From assembly GCA_047495785.1 (NCBI GenBank), contig JBLDXI010000001.1, positions 1,798,001-1,862,000 of the forward strand: a DNA stretch of 64,000 nt. The letters are read 5' to 3'. The notes below the pieces were generated by a model. The model searched no databases. It worked only from the letters and a program-made list of their open reading frames with translations, and had not been told where the DNA came from. The position numbers and the translations under genes were made by a program. The stretch is from Lepidodermella squamata (lineage: Eukaryota; Animalia; Gastrotricha). Within the stretch, counting starts at the first letter, position 1; every line of letters begins with the position of its first letter. Below are positions 11,106-26,094 of the stretch, piece after piece.

Positions 11106-11634
11106 TTATGAGCGTTTTTTACACCTGGCTCTATGACTTCGAAGAGTAGACGGATGTTGAAATGCTGCTCCGCATTTCTCGCACTTGAAGCGCTTCGTCG
11201 GCGCGTGGACGTAAACGTGCTCCTTCAGGTTTTTCTTGTGTTTGAATTGAACAAAACAAAGGTTGCAGGTGAGTTCTGGAAATGAAGTGTCTCGGCTTTC
11301 CATAAATGAATAGTTCTTGTTCTCCACACTACTTTGAGCTATTCAATAAAATGCAATACAATTTCAAAGACCCAGCAAAAGCTTCAATTAAAAACTTGAA
11401 TTAACCTTTAGGATCGCCAACTTTATCATCCGATTCTTCTAGAATAATGCCCAATAAATTAAAATTCAGCCTTTCGTGTTTAATAGAAAGATTTTCTTTA
11501 CCAGAACTCGAGCGAAGAAGGTTATTTATCTTCAGAATTTTTACTTCCTGTAGCGCAAGTTTCATTCGCAATTCGTTATTCTCTTTCTGCAGTTTTGCCA
11601 ACTCGGCAGCCATTTTCTTCATTGTACCATCCAT
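11106..11634 (-). CDS. Coiled-coil/zinc-finger mini-protein without the CHCC cap (ZF9, ~3 exons)
   Basis: MDGTMKKMAAELAKLQKENNELRMKL... spliced to YSF...CNLC..HVYVHAPTKRFKCEKC..HRARC. Confidence 0.8.
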
Positions 11635-12130
11635 AATTAACAGCTGGAATTCCTAAGCAATGCAACTTTCTTCAACACATTTTTGTTTCGAAGATAAGTA
11701 CAGTAGAAATCTTGATCAGAGATAATCAGAGAATGGCACACAGCACACCCCTAGGTATCGATATATTCCGTGAGGAGCCGCCAAAATACTACTTCATTCG
11801 AAAATTGCCTAGCAAATTGTTTGATAAATGGGAGTTTTGATTTGCCTTATCCAACGGTACCCCACTCGCAAAATCCCGGCCATTTCAAAAATGTCAAAGA
11901 TACCACATCTGACGATAAGAAATCTGAAGGAAACATGAGGAAATGAAAATACAAATTCATATCCGGGGAAGTTCATCGCACTGAATTTAATTGCATGGGT
12001 GTGTCACCACAGCATTCAAGGTTATGCTTTATTGAAATTTCAGCACGTTAAGCGGAGAACAGACGAGGAGTGCGCGCCATGCAAGCACGCATTTCATGGG
12101 CAGGTTGAACTTCATATTCAAAGGCGGGTT

Positions 12131-14378
12131 TCAGCTTCGACCGTGACAATGCAGTCCACCATTGCAGCTATCTTCTGAGAAATAAGATGAGGTTTGAATG
12201 AATTTCAAATGATTTTTTTATCGTTTTTGTATACCTGATGCTGTATCATCTCGGCTAATGACCTTGACCATCTTTGGCACAAAGCTGTTCCAGAACTGTT
12301 AAAATTGAATTCAATTGGGATTGACCTTTAATGAAGTCAAAGGGGCTTACACGACAATCTTTCGTTTTCAGTGCACACACCATGCCTTTGCCGTAATTGT
12401 GAAGCTGAATAACCGGATTCAAATCGTAGATCTGCTGAGGGCAATCTTCACCGATGTACAACGGCCATTGTCGAAGCTGGGGACCATTGGCTAGATTTTG
12501 TGTGTCCGCCTTAACAAAATTAGGCTGCCTATTAATAAATTGATTATTAGCGATTTTCGCCCTGGAGTAAATTCAAATTTTCGAACCCGTATTTTACAAA
12601 ATTAGTCCAATAGGCCATAAGAGATCTGCTTAATTGCTGAAAGAAAGCTGAGCTTAGCAAAAACGATATGACCTGATTAATAGCCAGCTACCTTATCATC
12701 ATGAGAATAATTATATTTCGATGCATATTTCGCGAAAGGCTCTCCCCAGATGAAAGGCAACTCGTCCCCATGAGTTACACCCATCCATTCCGGCCAAGCA
12801 TGCTAGAAAAAGTCAAAAATGAAAGCTTAAACCGCGGAAAACTTAGAAAACTCACCCCCGTTCGCCGGTGTGTAAAGAAATAAGCGTAAACCTTAAATTG
12901 AAATTTCGAAAAATAAGGAAATTATCTAGATAATTTACTGAACCTGAGATTTCATTTCTGAATGTGAAGATGCAACATCTGCCCAAGTCAAAAAAGGACA
13001 GGCAAAAGCTGCATCACTTATCGCCCAATTTGCCCCGTTTATCGCCCTGGCTCCGGCCGGGTATCCATTCCTGCTATTGATGTCCAACTTCGAAGTAGAC
13101 CAATATTCCAGCTGAACAGCCTCCGCGAGAAGCGGATGAACTTCCGGTTCAGATAGATGTAAAATCTCTAGACTTGCAGCCGCTAATTGCTCGTATTCAT
13201 AGAGTTTCAGATGATTCATCGCAGGATTCTGCGGCGAATTTGGCATTGTCAACAAATTCCTAGCCGCTTCGGTGTGGAGTAAAAGCATCGATCCATCGTC
13301 CTTATTCGCTCCAATCATAACTGGAACATGGCTAAATTTTCCAGATTTCAATAAAACCAATGGATCATCAGGAATAAAGTCGCCGTCGATGACTGGTCGA
13401 AAAGCTGGGTAATGACCGGCTTTAACTTCGGCATGTGGAAAGATTCCAGCTTCAACGGATCGTAAACAAGATACTAAATCGCTGCTATCATCTTGACAAT
13501 GGCTTTTCATCACGTGATCAGCCAGCAATTTTGTAACTTTTCTAGCCTGTTCACGCGTTTTATAAGCCCAGGGAGCAATGGCACTGCCGGATTGAGCTAT
13601 AGCCCGGTGAAAATAAGGCTGACTCTGGGGAGACAGTAAATGGAAGGTCACAGACGCCGCTCCAGAACTAGCTCCAGCTAACGTGACCGCGTTTGAATCT
13701 CCGTGGAAGGCTTCAATGTTTTGATTGATCCATTTCAAAGCTTCTAGCTGATCCCAAAGACCCATGTTACCGGGGGAATCTTCAAAAACGGCGAATCCTA
13801 ACGATCCCAGGCGGTATTGGATTGTTACAACTATGATATCGTTGTAAGCTGATAGCACTGTGCCGTTCATAGCCTCGATAGACGAACCTCCGGAGCTGTA
13901 ACCTTCTCCATTTATGAAAGCTAGTACCGGAGCTTTCCTATCGGAGTCATCTAATACAGCTTTCGGTACCCATATGCTCAGAGTTAAACAATCCTCCGAC
14001 TGCTGACCTTTCTGTTATGAATTGTTTAAAATTAGAAAAAATTGATTTTCGATTGCTTACAGGAGAAATTCTGTCATAACCAACAAAGCCGTTGAATAAA
14101 CCCGATTTTGATAATTGAGGGCAAGCTTTAGGTAGATCTTTGGCGTCGAATTCTTCAGACCAAGGTATTTTTGGCTGCGGTTTCTTGAATCTCAGCGGAC
14201 CGATCGGAGGTTCTGCGTAAGGCAGGCCGAGAAATTCGTAGGCTTGAGGCTTATTAGATGCCCCAACCAAACGACCCTTAACTGAACCAAGTTGAGTCTG
14301 TACCGCTACGGTTGGCAAATCATCGCATCTCACCAGGGAAATACCAAGCAGAATGTAGGTTAAATAAAAAGAAACCAT
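12131..14378 (-). CDS. Secreted carboxylesterase/cholinesterase-like protein CE2
   Basis: Signal peptide, GLPYAEPP, SEDCL, GASSG (Ser retained), GANKDDG, GVTHGDEL. Predicted end ...EDSCNGGLHCHGRS*. Confidence 0.88.
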
Positions 14379-14636
14379 TTTTCAAGCATCTATTCCACCT
14401 CAAGTCCAGCCAAATTCATGGCACATTTCTTATCTCGGTCTCGAAAATTCCTCATTTAAATTGCTGGATGAATCAAGATAACATTTGCACTGAAAAAATT
14501 GGTCACTTCTCAGCTTGTAGAAATGCTTGTATTTTATCAAGCGTTTGATTCACTTTTCTTAATAAATTATATTGCGAGTATATAATACTGGGTTTGACCC
14601 ACGTTGTTGAGCACATCATACACATTCACAAGCAAT

Positions 14637-16850
<2,214 letters not shown>

Positions 16851-17161
16851 TTTCTAATCGATTTTTCTAACAAAGGCTGTACAGTGTTAAAGTTGGGTTA
16901 AAGGCATAACAATGAAAACAAAATGATGATAAGTCGCAATGACACAAACACCGGCCTGTATTGTGACACGGAGAGAATGACTTTTCGTTGTCTTTTGTTT
17001 CTAAATTGTAAACAAACCTCTCGCGCAAAAAACGACGGCGACAAAAAAACACTTTTTATTGCAAAACTCGTTGGAGCAAAAACAGGTACTAAAATGTGGA
17101 ATTCGTCACTTTTTGAAGTGATACAACATAAAACAATTTTAATATATTTTGTTATAGCAGT

Positions 17162-19544
17162 TTAGCTGACTTGTGGACGATTGGGTAATACGACCCTTGG
17201 CAGGCGAGGGTCCCGCACTAAGCCAGCTGGAATGCCACCAGCAGGGAGTGGCGGCGGTTGTTTATCACGCGGTGGAGCTTGCGGTGGTGGACTTGCTTCG
17301 TTTTTACGAACTAAGAAAAAATTACAAAACTTGCAGAGCAAAATAATATTTGCACTCACTCAAATCAACCAGCGTCGGGAAGAATTCATTCCAAAACTAC
17401 AAAAAAAATGTTTTCGATCTTGGATGAAAGCTGAATTCTGATAAATACCATGCACTCGCGCTCCTTGAATTTAGGAACGATTTGCTCCTGCAGGGATACG
17501 TCATCGGGGTATAGGGACATTGCTGCCTTAACGGTTATGTTGTAACGGGGCCAGTTTTTCAGACTCAGCATCATGCTGTTCGGATTCCCATTGTCGATCG
17601 AATTCACGTTTCTTTATAGACAAAGGTTGAAGGAATTGAGAACGGAAATCTCCTTAAAATTTACCCGAACTTGGCAAAGTTGGTCCAATAAGCCATCAGC
17701 TGACGGCTGAAAAGTCGCTCGGCCGGTGAGAACTGAAAACCTGATTTTCCGATGTTCGTGAAAGGAAATCCCATTACGAATGGTATCTGAAACATTCCCG
17801 ACAATAGTTTCGACCTTTGTTATTTATTCAAACTTACCTCATCAGTATGAGGCACTCCCATCCATTCTGGCCATAGTGGCTGGGCAATGAAATGATACGT
17901 GTAAATCCACTGAAAAATTATGGTTATTTTGTCTTACATTACAGTTTCGATGGGCATATGTGTACATGAAGACCTGTAAAATCATCGTTGAATATGAATT
18001 AATTTTGAAATAAGTCATCTTTACCGTTGAAGAATTCGCCAAAATATCAGCAAACTCTACACTCGGGCAAACAACGGCAAAGTCGCTAGTTGCTGCCACC
18101 AGAGCCTTCAGCACAGCATCTCCCTTCAAATTCTTCGAGTCGCACGTGTATTGCATTTCAATGAAGCGCCGCATCATATCAGTCGTTGGCAAATTATTAC
18201 GCGGGTAAAACGCGAAATACTCGCGAATGAAAGCCGAAAAATCAGTCGAATTCAAGCTATCTGTCGACTTCGATGCATCGAGAGGTGTTGGGAACTTATC
18301 AAGAGCCTTACTCGACGATAGCATGTACAAGGACGCTTCCTCTGTGGTTGTTCCGATCAAAATCGGCTTGGTTATCTGCAGTTCTTTAGCTTGAACGCTT
18401 GGGTTTTTCGTGAGGAAAACGCCATCAATTATTGGGGTGAATGTGCCGTATGGAAGTCCGAGCGACCCACTGCTATCAGGCCTCAAGAGTCGATTCTGCA
18501 ATCTGACTAGGTCCTCTACGTCAAGAAGCTTCAAACAAGTTAGTTTGTCCTCGACAGTTGAGTTCCGATCAACATTCTCGCAAAGAGTTTCCACGGCTGT
18601 ATTAGCCAGTAAAAGGGTTCGTCTCGCAGCCTCCAACTTAGGAACGTAGTTCCAAGCGGCCGATGTTGGCGAGCCACTTTGCAAGATCGCGTGTTTGAAG
18701 TAGGGTGCGCTAATGTTGGCCAGGAGATGGATACCCACAGACGCAGCCCCGGCGCCTTGCCCGAAAATCGTGACCTTATCCGGGTTCCCGCCGAACGCGA
18801 TTATGTTGCTTTGAATCCATTTCAGGGCTTCGAGTTGATCCCACAAACCCATGTTACCCGGCATGTCTTTGTCGTCCAGGTAGCCGAACCCTAATACGCC
18901 CAGTCGGTATTGAACGGAAACTACGATAACGTTGTTGTAAGCGGCCAATGCGCTACCGTTATTGACCGGCATTTGGCCTGACCCTGATTCGTACGCTCCG
19001 CCGGGAAATAGAACCATGACAGCTAAACTAGCGGTGTGGTTAGTTTTCGGAAGGGAACCAGGGTTCAGCGGTCCACTCAATGAATTAGCGGTATAGATCT
19101 TTTCCAGGGTCATCCGAGGTACCCAGATGTTGAGGAAAAGGCAATCTTCCGAGTAAGATTCAGTTGGAATCATGAGGTCGACATAGTCCTGCTTGAACAT
19201 GGGAACCCCGGTTGGCTGGGGGCAAGCCGCAGCTGGTTTAGCAGCGACTAGTAGTTGTACTTGCCGGCTACTCTTCGGCCGAGTCTTTTGAAACCGGAGC
19301 TCACCAACGGGAGGTTCGGCATCTAATAGTAAAATGTATTATAAGATTTTCGGTAAATTACGTAAATCTCACATGGAATTCCGAGAAACTCGTAGACAAA
19401 TAAGCCACTACCTCTGCCACCGATGTTGAGCCCTCTGCCCTGAATGACTCCAGAAGTCGTGGAAATCGCAGGGCTGTATCGGTCTTGAGAGCAGGCGAGG
19501 TTGAGAAAGACCGCTAAAATAGCTAAAATTACTGTTTTCGTCAT
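17162..19544 (-). CDS. Non-catalytic cholinesterase-like secreted protein CE4 with Pro-rich tail
   Basis: Paralog of CE3 with elbow GQGAG. Tail is RKNEASPPPQAPPRDKQPPPLPAGGIPAGLVRDPRLPRVVLPNRPQVS*. Confidence 0.88.
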
Positions 19545-21434
19545 TTTTTAAACGACGCCAAAAATATGTAAATGAAATCCGATGAGCTGTAGTTGACCGA
19601 ACCCGACGCCTTGTTATAAGCGTGTCAAGTGCGAACCAACACCCGGCTAAGGATGAGTCCGCGGATGTTTACGCAAAAGGCGCGACCGGTATTTTTATAA
19701 ACACTGCACCCGTGCGCGGTAAAAATCCCACAAAAACCAACCCGCTCATCTCGGTGTAAATTTACGTGGTTCCGTCCTCAATTGCATTTCACTTTTGATA
19801 AATATAACGCCGGTAGTTGATTCGCGACTGTACTTTCACATTGTTGCGCCAAAATTAAATTTTTCCACTAATGAAAAATCATTGTAAAAAAAGCTTTCGC
19901 TATTCGCGAAAATTGCGCAACTATAAAATGAGCATAAGACGATAAACGACAAAAGAGCAACTTTAATCATTTATCCGCGATAATTGCGCAATAAAAACTA
20001 GGACGAATTTAGCGCTATGACAGAAGAGCAAATTATTCAATTATTATTTTTTGAAGTTTGGAAGAAAAATCTCATTCAAGTGCGTTTTCTAAGCTCGCAT
20101 CCCGAGGCGGTTACCGTGCAGCGCAGAATTGTCCACGGGTCCGGTTTGACCGGGATCGAGTCCGTTTGAGGTTCCAAAGGATTCGGGCCGGATTCGGTTC
20201 GAAATTTTAGAACGGTAGGCAACTATGTGTCAGCGTAAGAAATTCGGATTTTATTAATTTTCTCATTTTCGTCACTTCATTTCACTCGAATTTCGCTGCT
20301 ACTCTAGAAAATAAGATTGAATTTGCTCTTTTGTCGCTTTGTCGTTTTCGTTGTGCATTTTTTTTTACGAGTAGGATTGAGCAAAACCATAAATCACCAA
20401 ATTGAACACATTTTCGGGAAAAAAAACTGATCAATCGCAAGAATCGTTAATTATTTATTTGAAACGACTGCTGTTGGTTACAAAATATTTCATGAAGTTT
20501 ACTCGATATAATATATATCTAACGAACATCAGATATGTATCGTCTCGGCTACAGTAACGACTCAGTATGGCACTGATTTTATTAGCTCATCAAAAATAAT
20601 TTTGCAAGTTGAGAATTTTCCGCTACTGAAGTACTGCATAAGCAAAAGGTATCAACAGGGTCGTGAAAATGTACGGTGTCTACAGGTTTCTCAAGGCGGA
20701 AGCTGACAGGTATAACTTCGAACGTATGTAAATGCGAAACGGACATGGTGAGAAAACAAGGCAATGCTGAAGAAATTTACACCTCACCTGAATTGAACTC
20801 AAGACAATAGAAAGCACGAGACTGGTAGAAAGAATTCTCATTCAGGCCCTTCATCGGCCGCAGGTGTAAATCTTCAAATTTTATTCGATAGGATTCCCTA
20901 AACGGGGTATGATGTATGAAGCATTCTAAAAGCGAATTTGCGAAAAATCAGAATCTCTCAAACTCTGCCATTAAATTATAGATTGCATGACTAGGACGAG
21001 AAAAGCGCGCCATAAAAACATCAAATAATGAAAAATTATGAGGAAACAAATAAAGGAAAAATCAAACTGGGCAGAGTCCATCATAGAAAAATTGAGGAAG
21101 AAATGCAGACATCAAAGGGAGAATATCGGTGACATCGGTTAACAGCGGCACGAAAAATAGTCGCCGATTACTGGGTCGAATGACATTATTACAAGCTCCG
21201 ATTTAATCTAAAGGCTTCCTCAAATCAACGGTTTCCTATAATATCACGTTAAAGTTGAGATTTTTATCAATTTTTCTCATCTAAATTGCGGTTACAACAT
21301 TTAACGAGTAAAACATTAGAATGAGCTCAGTGCGAATCTAAACATAGATTTTACGTAAGCAACGTGAACATTTCGTTTTATTTCGAATTCTAAATTCGCG
21401 ATACAAGTTCTGAATTATATGATAGGAAAAACTG

Positions 21435-23816
21435 TCAAGATGAAGCACCGGGTAGCGGGCCCTCGTACGACGAGGTGACCTTAGCTCGAGGAGGCGAGGC
21501 GATGTCCATTGCGTCATTGCCGCTCTCTTCCTCGTGTTCGAGCTGCTCCAGCTCTTGCTCGACCATTTTCTTAGCGTCCTTCAGCAAATGGCCTTCGTTG
21601 TAATGAATTTTGCGTCGTTCTTCAAACTTAGAGCGATGAGCTAAAAAAATCAGACAAAAATCAATCAACTGCGGAATTTTTAGAAAATTTCGCCTCAACA
21701 CTTAGAAAAAAATCAGTGCGCGCAAAATGAGGGTACACAAAAGAAAAGTGGGGGCCGGTGAATTTTCAGGAAATCTCGAAAGTTGAGATGACGATGCTTT
21801 CACTTTCACTTTAACTTTCAGATTTTAGAAATATTCCATGAGATGCTACTATCCACCTCAAGTAGATAGGAAATCAATGTGTCTTCGAAAAGTTTTTCGG
21901 GTGATGTGGAAAATTCCGTCTCAACTTTTGAATATTCAGCATTTACCCCTCATCTCAGAATACGGGATAACTTTGTTCATCGAACCATTTTTTCGAACTG
22001 GTTCAAGGATTCAAGGATTCGGTGTCAGTTCATATTCGGCGTTTCATACGCGATCATTCCGTACAAGTGACAAGCTGGCCAGGCCGGTCTGATTCGGCAA
22101 GCTTATCCACAGGGCGGCCAGCAGCCAGCTCAACAGGGTAGGTACGTGGCTCCACCACAAGGCGTCCAGCAGCTAGCTCAAGGACAGTATGCGCCTCAGC
22201 AACAGGGTGGCCTGCTTCCAATAGTACCGGCATTGGACCTTATGCACATAGGCTAGCTTCCTTATCCACTAGGCTAGTGCTCCCCCTATGATGAACTCTG
22301 GTGTTGATTCCTATTTGTTTAAAGTAGTCGGCGAAGATCGGTGGTGCGTTTATCGTAAGGAATATCGAACTAACAACTTCGCGGAAGGAAATAACAACAA
22401 AATAAAAACCAAGGTTGGAGTTAGCCATCCGAACGCGTGGCGTTTCTCGAACTCCATGCTTGACTTGGAAAACGACTCGCAAGTGATCCTCGACCAGCTA
22501 GCTCTGGGTCAAAGCTTTACGCTCGCATCTCCGAACCGATTAACAAGTATTGGGACGAACTGGATCGCAACAAGCTGACCTCGATCCAATTTCTTGATTC
22601 AGTGTCCCACTGTCTCTCCGAGCTGAAGGAGAAGAAACCTCGGCAAAAGGAGGACTTCCGCGAGCTTGGTCCGCTGGACTTCGTGATAGCGATGACGAGG
22701 GTGATGCTTTGGATGACTAGCGAGGAGTAATTTGAATACTTATGTGACTGCCAAGATATTATTAATAAATATGAAATGGTCACGATTTCTATTGATATGT
22801 TTATGTATTGAAATAGTCACGAAAATATCAGAAAAATGTATTGAAATAACCACGAAAAATCAGTATGAAATACCACTGCAAAAGTATGAAATGTTCATGA
22901 TACCCAATTTGAACTGAAACTTTATCATTTCAAGTACGATTTTAATCAATTATTTCAACTAATTACGATTTTAAATCGAGCGGAAGGTTTTTTCGCAGAT
23001 TTTTGACAAATTTCCAAGGCAAAGTTTCGGTTAGATGAAAAAGACATAGCCCATAATACCCCAATAAAGAATCGATATTTCTTGGTTTAACAATAAATCC
23101 GATAACTCGGTTTAATATTATTTCACTTCTGGCTCATTAATCTTGCAAATTTCGCCAACCCATACTTATCACTTGCTAACGCTCGTATAGAAAAAAATCC
23201 ACCTTAAAATATTGAGAAATCTCGTGTAAACATGCGTGTGCGCAATAGATTTATGCGATAGGAAATAATAAAGTGCGCCGCTGCCGTTTTCATATTTACC
23301 ATAAAATTTCTGTCGATAAAATATAGCGAAATGCTATCGAAAATTCAATAAGAAAATAAGGCGATCACATGGCCGTGAAAATAACTAAGCCTTACCTTTT
23401 TGTTCAGGAGTTTCTTCCGCTTCGTCCTCGTCGCCTTCACACGACGATAGGCTAACGTGAGAGCCGTGATGTAGAGCCATTTTCTGCTCAGCCTTCAGCC
23501 GACGCTGAATTTCGTCCGCATCAATGCCATGCACTTCCTCGGCCGGGTCGACATAATTGAACGGCGTTTTCGGCTCGTCGATTTTCATATGGCCGTAGTC
23601 TTTATCGGGCGGGTGGTACGTCTGCAGTATATTCATCTCGTCCCAACGCGCAGCTTTTTCGCAAGTCGCAGACGACGAGCGAGGGGTGGTCGCCTTTTCG
23701 ACGGCTTCTTCCATTGAAACGACATTCTTCTTCAAAATGCCTTTTTTCGGCGATTTTAAACCACTTGCGGACGCTGAATTATCGCTTGAACTAGCTCCAC
23801 CAGCCGCAAGCATCAT
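21435..23816 (-). CDS. PPP1R2: Protein phosphatase 1 inhibitor-2 (IPP-2), 2 coding exons, 1.75-kb intron
   Basis: KGILK motif, WDEMNILQTYHPPDKDYGHMKIDEPKTPF, and FEERRKIHYNE in exon 2 (21435-21640). Confidence 0.95.
22288..22660 (+). mobile_element. Mutator-like (MULE) transposase C-terminal remnant in the IPP-2 intron
   Basis: RWCVY...RTNNFAEGNNNKIK...HPNAWRF matches the RTNNxxEGxN...HPNxWxF signature of animal MULE transposases. It is fragmentary. Confidence 0.7.
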
Positions 23817-23969
23817 CGGGCAAATTATTAAAATAAAAAAACTAGAAGAAAATCAGCGATGAAAATATATTTCACAATCGATGAAATACAATAATTCAAT
23901 AAATAATCGGAAATTTTCTTTGAATCACGATTGAAGCAATTGATTTAGCAAATCAACGTGTTTTGCGAT

Positions 23970-26094
23970 TTACAATCGACTTTGTTCCTTGCTTTGCAGC
24001 AAGGCTTGCACCTTCATCGCCAGCGCCATGTTGCCGCTAATTTTAAGCTGGCCGTTGAAAAACGCCTTCTGCGGCATCAACCGGCCCAGTTTCAACTCTA
24101 GCAAATCGCTGTCTGACATGGTCAAAATGCAATCGCCCTTCGCCTTCGCCGCCTCAGTCCACTCAATCGACGGCGTGGCGCTTTTCAGGTCAATAATCCA
24201 CGCAGCATCGCCGTCGGATTTAGTCACCTTGAAGCATAGCACGCCGTTGACTTTCTTCTTCAAATCAGCCGAACGAGCCGGGTCGTTGATAGCACGGCTC
24301 AGCTCATCGAAAACCGGGTAAGACTTGAAAGACGTGGCGTTGCTTGGAAGACCGGCGGGGGCAGGCTTGCTATTGGAAGCATTCGACTGATTCGAACAGA
24401 AACCAAGGCGATAGGCTGCTACAACAGCGGCCCCTCCCAAGCCGATATTGTGTTGCAAAGCCACTTTCGCATTCGCAACTTGACGCGGGCCCGCAAGACC
24501 TGAAAAAAATAAGAGCTTTAAATTAAATAAAAATCCTCCTTAATAAATTTACCTCGCAATTGCCAACACAATTCGGCGCATTGGGCGAGTCCGGTAGCTC
24601 CAAGGGGGTGTCCCTTAGAAATCAACCCTCCACTGGGGTTTACGACCCATTTTCCGCCGTACGTGTTGTCACCCCGGTCAATCAATTCGCCAGCCTTGCC
24701 AACCGGGCACAGGCTCAACGCTTCGTAGGTGATGAGTTCATTCGCCGAGAAACAATCGTGCAGTTCGACGACCTGAACGTCGTTCGGCGTTATGTTAGCC
24801 TTCTTGTAGACGCGATCAGCCGCCGCTTTCGACATGTCCCAGCCAACACCGCTGATGCACGAGCCGTTGTTGATTTGCTCCACATCAGTCGACATTTCCA
24901 TAGCCAGAATTTCAACGGCTTGCTTCTCAAGACCGCGTTGCTTGACGAAGTCCTCCGATACGACAATAGCCGCAGCTGCTCCATCGCTGGTTGGGCAGCA
25001 TTGCAATTTAGTCAAAGGATCGTGAACAGTGGGTGACTAAATTGAAGAAAGAAACACATAAATGCATGCTTGAAACGTTTAGTTTGATAAACCTTGCCAA
25101 ATCATGCCAAAGTTTCCTGCAGACTTGAAAGGATTTTTGTAAATTTTAATCTCAACCACAGCATGATTTCAGTCGATAATAAGGTTCAAAAATTAAGACA
25201 AATAAATCATCAAATCACGCGCTTAATCCGAGATTATACCGCAGGTCTAATTAAACACTTCAAGCATCAGAGCTCGCAGGGAATTTACTCGAGTGCAAAA
25301 TTATTGTACCTTTCTAGCAAAATAGGACAATGTCTCGCCAAATTCACCTACAGTCTAACAAAATTGTCCTGAGAAATCGATTTTTTAGCTCACAAATACC
25401 CTAGCTTAATAAGACACTGAGCAGGAAAATTGTCTCACCTTCAAAATATCCTCGAGCGAATAGATATCACGGAACTGTGAATTCGGATTGTTCGCAGAGT
25501 GTCTATGGTTTTTCTCTGCAATTTTCGCAAATTGTTCTCGTGTAGTGCCATATTTTTCCATATGTTCACGCCCGGCGTTGCCAAACATCTGAATTACGCA
25601 TAAAAAATAAACATTTCTATTTGCTAGACAGATTACCACCATACCTGAGCAGCGAAAGGCCCAGCGGAAATTCCGTACTTGTTAATAGTTGCTTCCATGC
25701 ATTTTTCAAACGGACTCGCTCGATCACTCCAGCGACTTTGCAGCGAGCCCTTCTCCATCTTTTCGAAACCAGCCGCTAAAACGCAATGCGAACCCGCCAG
25801 AATCATGTTCCGCGCCAAAATGAGTGCACTAGCGCCCGTTGAACAGTTGTTATTGACGTTGAAAACCGGAATGCCCGTGAGACCCATTTCGTAAAGTGCT
25901 CGCTGGCCCGATGTTGATTCACCGTAGACGTAGCCAACAGCCGCTTGCTCGACATCAGTATACGCCGATTTCGCGTCATTAAGCGCACTTGTAACGGCCT
26001 CTTTCACCATTTCCGGGTAATCCGGATTTCCGGGACGTCCAGGCTTCAGAAATTTGGTCATGCCAACGCCGACCACAAAAACGCGCCGCGACAT
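23970..26094 (-). CDS. SCP2: SCPx: peroxisomal 3-ketoacyl-CoA thiolase fused to a sterol carrier protein 2 domain
   Basis: NVNNNCSTG active site, [24 protein letters not shown] and a C-terminal SCP2 domain ending in PTS1 -SRL. Four exons. Confidence 0.96.

Noticed and set aside
20120-20900. GC-rich ccgg/ttcgg stretch upstream of CE4 that might be a hAT-like MITE end
   Set aside because: No matching opposite terminus or target-site duplication was found by eye.
25157-25222. C/D-box-like TGATGA...CTGA with a terminal stem in the SCPx intron (minus strand)
   Set aside because: Only ~34 nt lie between the boxes, box C is non-consensus, and the stem is out of register for a kink-turn.
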